From positions 114,824,001 to 114,888,000 of the forward strand of contig JBNRSN020000011.1 of the NCBI GenBank assembly GCA_051313645.2: a stretch of 64,000 nucleotides of DNA. Reading direction: 5' to 3'. Shown one piece after another: positions 63,224-64,000 of the stretch (within the stretch, counting starts at the first letter, position 1; each line of letters begins with the position of its first letter). Below the pieces are notes generated by a model. The model ran no database searches, was not told the origin of the DNA, and saw nothing but the letters and a program-made list of their open reading frames with translations. The stretch comes from Centroscyllium fabricii. Taxonomy: Eukaryota. The position numbers and the translations under genes are program-made.

Positions 63224-64000
63224 TTCAATTCAATTCAATTCAATTCAAGTTTTATTGTCATTGCAGAGTACTAGTACAATACAACGAGATGAAGACTCGC
63301 CGCTCCCGAGAGTAGTGCAAATAAATTACATGCAAATTGCATACAGTAAAGTACATTTTCAGGTGTGCAGGTACCGGAGGTTTTTTTTTACAGTTCAGGA
63401 GGCTGACAGCTCTGGGGAAGAAGATGTTCTTGAATCTGGTCGTGCGGGTGCGAATTGATCTGTAGCGTCTCCCGGAGGGCAGCGGGGCGAACAGACTGTG
63501 GCTGGGGTGTGTGGGGTCTTTAATAATGTTCAGAGACCTCTGTAGGCAGCGTTTGAGGTTGATGCTTTCAATTGATGGTAGCTGGGTACCGGTGATTCGT
63601 TGGGCAGTTTTGACCACCCGCTGCAGGGCCTTACGGTCCGAGATGGTGCAATTTCCATACCAGACTGTGATGCAGCTTGTCGGTATGCTTTCGATTCTGC
63701 AGCGGTAGAAGTTGGAGAGGATGCCGGATGACAGCCTGGCTTTTTTCAGCTTCCTTAGGAAGTACAGGCGCTGTTGGGCCTTCTTAACCAGAGAGGAGGT
63801 GTTTAGTGACCAGGAGAGGTCTTCTGAGATGTGGACCCCGAGGAACTTGAAGCTGGACACCCTTTCCACCTCAGCCCCTTGGATGAAGATGGGGGGGTGT
63901 CCTCTGCTTTCAGTCCTCCGGAAGTCCACTATGATCTCCTTAGTTTTCTTGGTGTTCAGTGCCAGGTTGTTGTCGGCACACCATCCCACAAGGCGCTGGA
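63224..64000 (-). mobile_element. Young Rex1/Babar LINE 3' portion, continues beyond the window
   Basis: Uninterrupted ORF WCADNNLALNTKKTKEIIVDFR...FFPRAV; (tcaat)n tail. Confidence 0.9.

Overview
Repeat-rich vertebrate genomic DNA, almost certainly from a shark or other elasmobranch (HE1-type V-SINEs, SacSINE1-type Deu-SINEs, abundant CR1 LINEs). I can support one host gene, LURAP1 (LRAP35a). It has two coding exons on + (20273-20518 and 32254-32850, about 280 aa, C-terminal DDVTFL) and a CpG-rich promoter. The rest is mostly transposable elements: nested Gypsy LTR elements, solo LTRs, Penelope-like elements, CR1, Rex1/Babar, RTEX, RTE and L2 LINEs, SINEs, and PIF/Harbinger-type MITEs with a transposase relic. 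The most interesting signals are (1) minimal hammerhead ribozymes in Penelope terminal repeats, with a 58-bp insertion that starts exactly at the predicted cleavage site; (2) a multi-stem RNA module with compensatory changes in two CR1 3' UTRs; (3) an LTR element whose RT/RNaseH/integrase region is replaced by a long coiled-coil ORF; (4) a MITE family carrying promoter-type motifs followed by clusters of 5' splice sites; (5) a compact patchwork region containing a near-perfect hairpin. All family assignments come from recognising motifs by eye, not from database searches, and many repeat boundaries are approximate.
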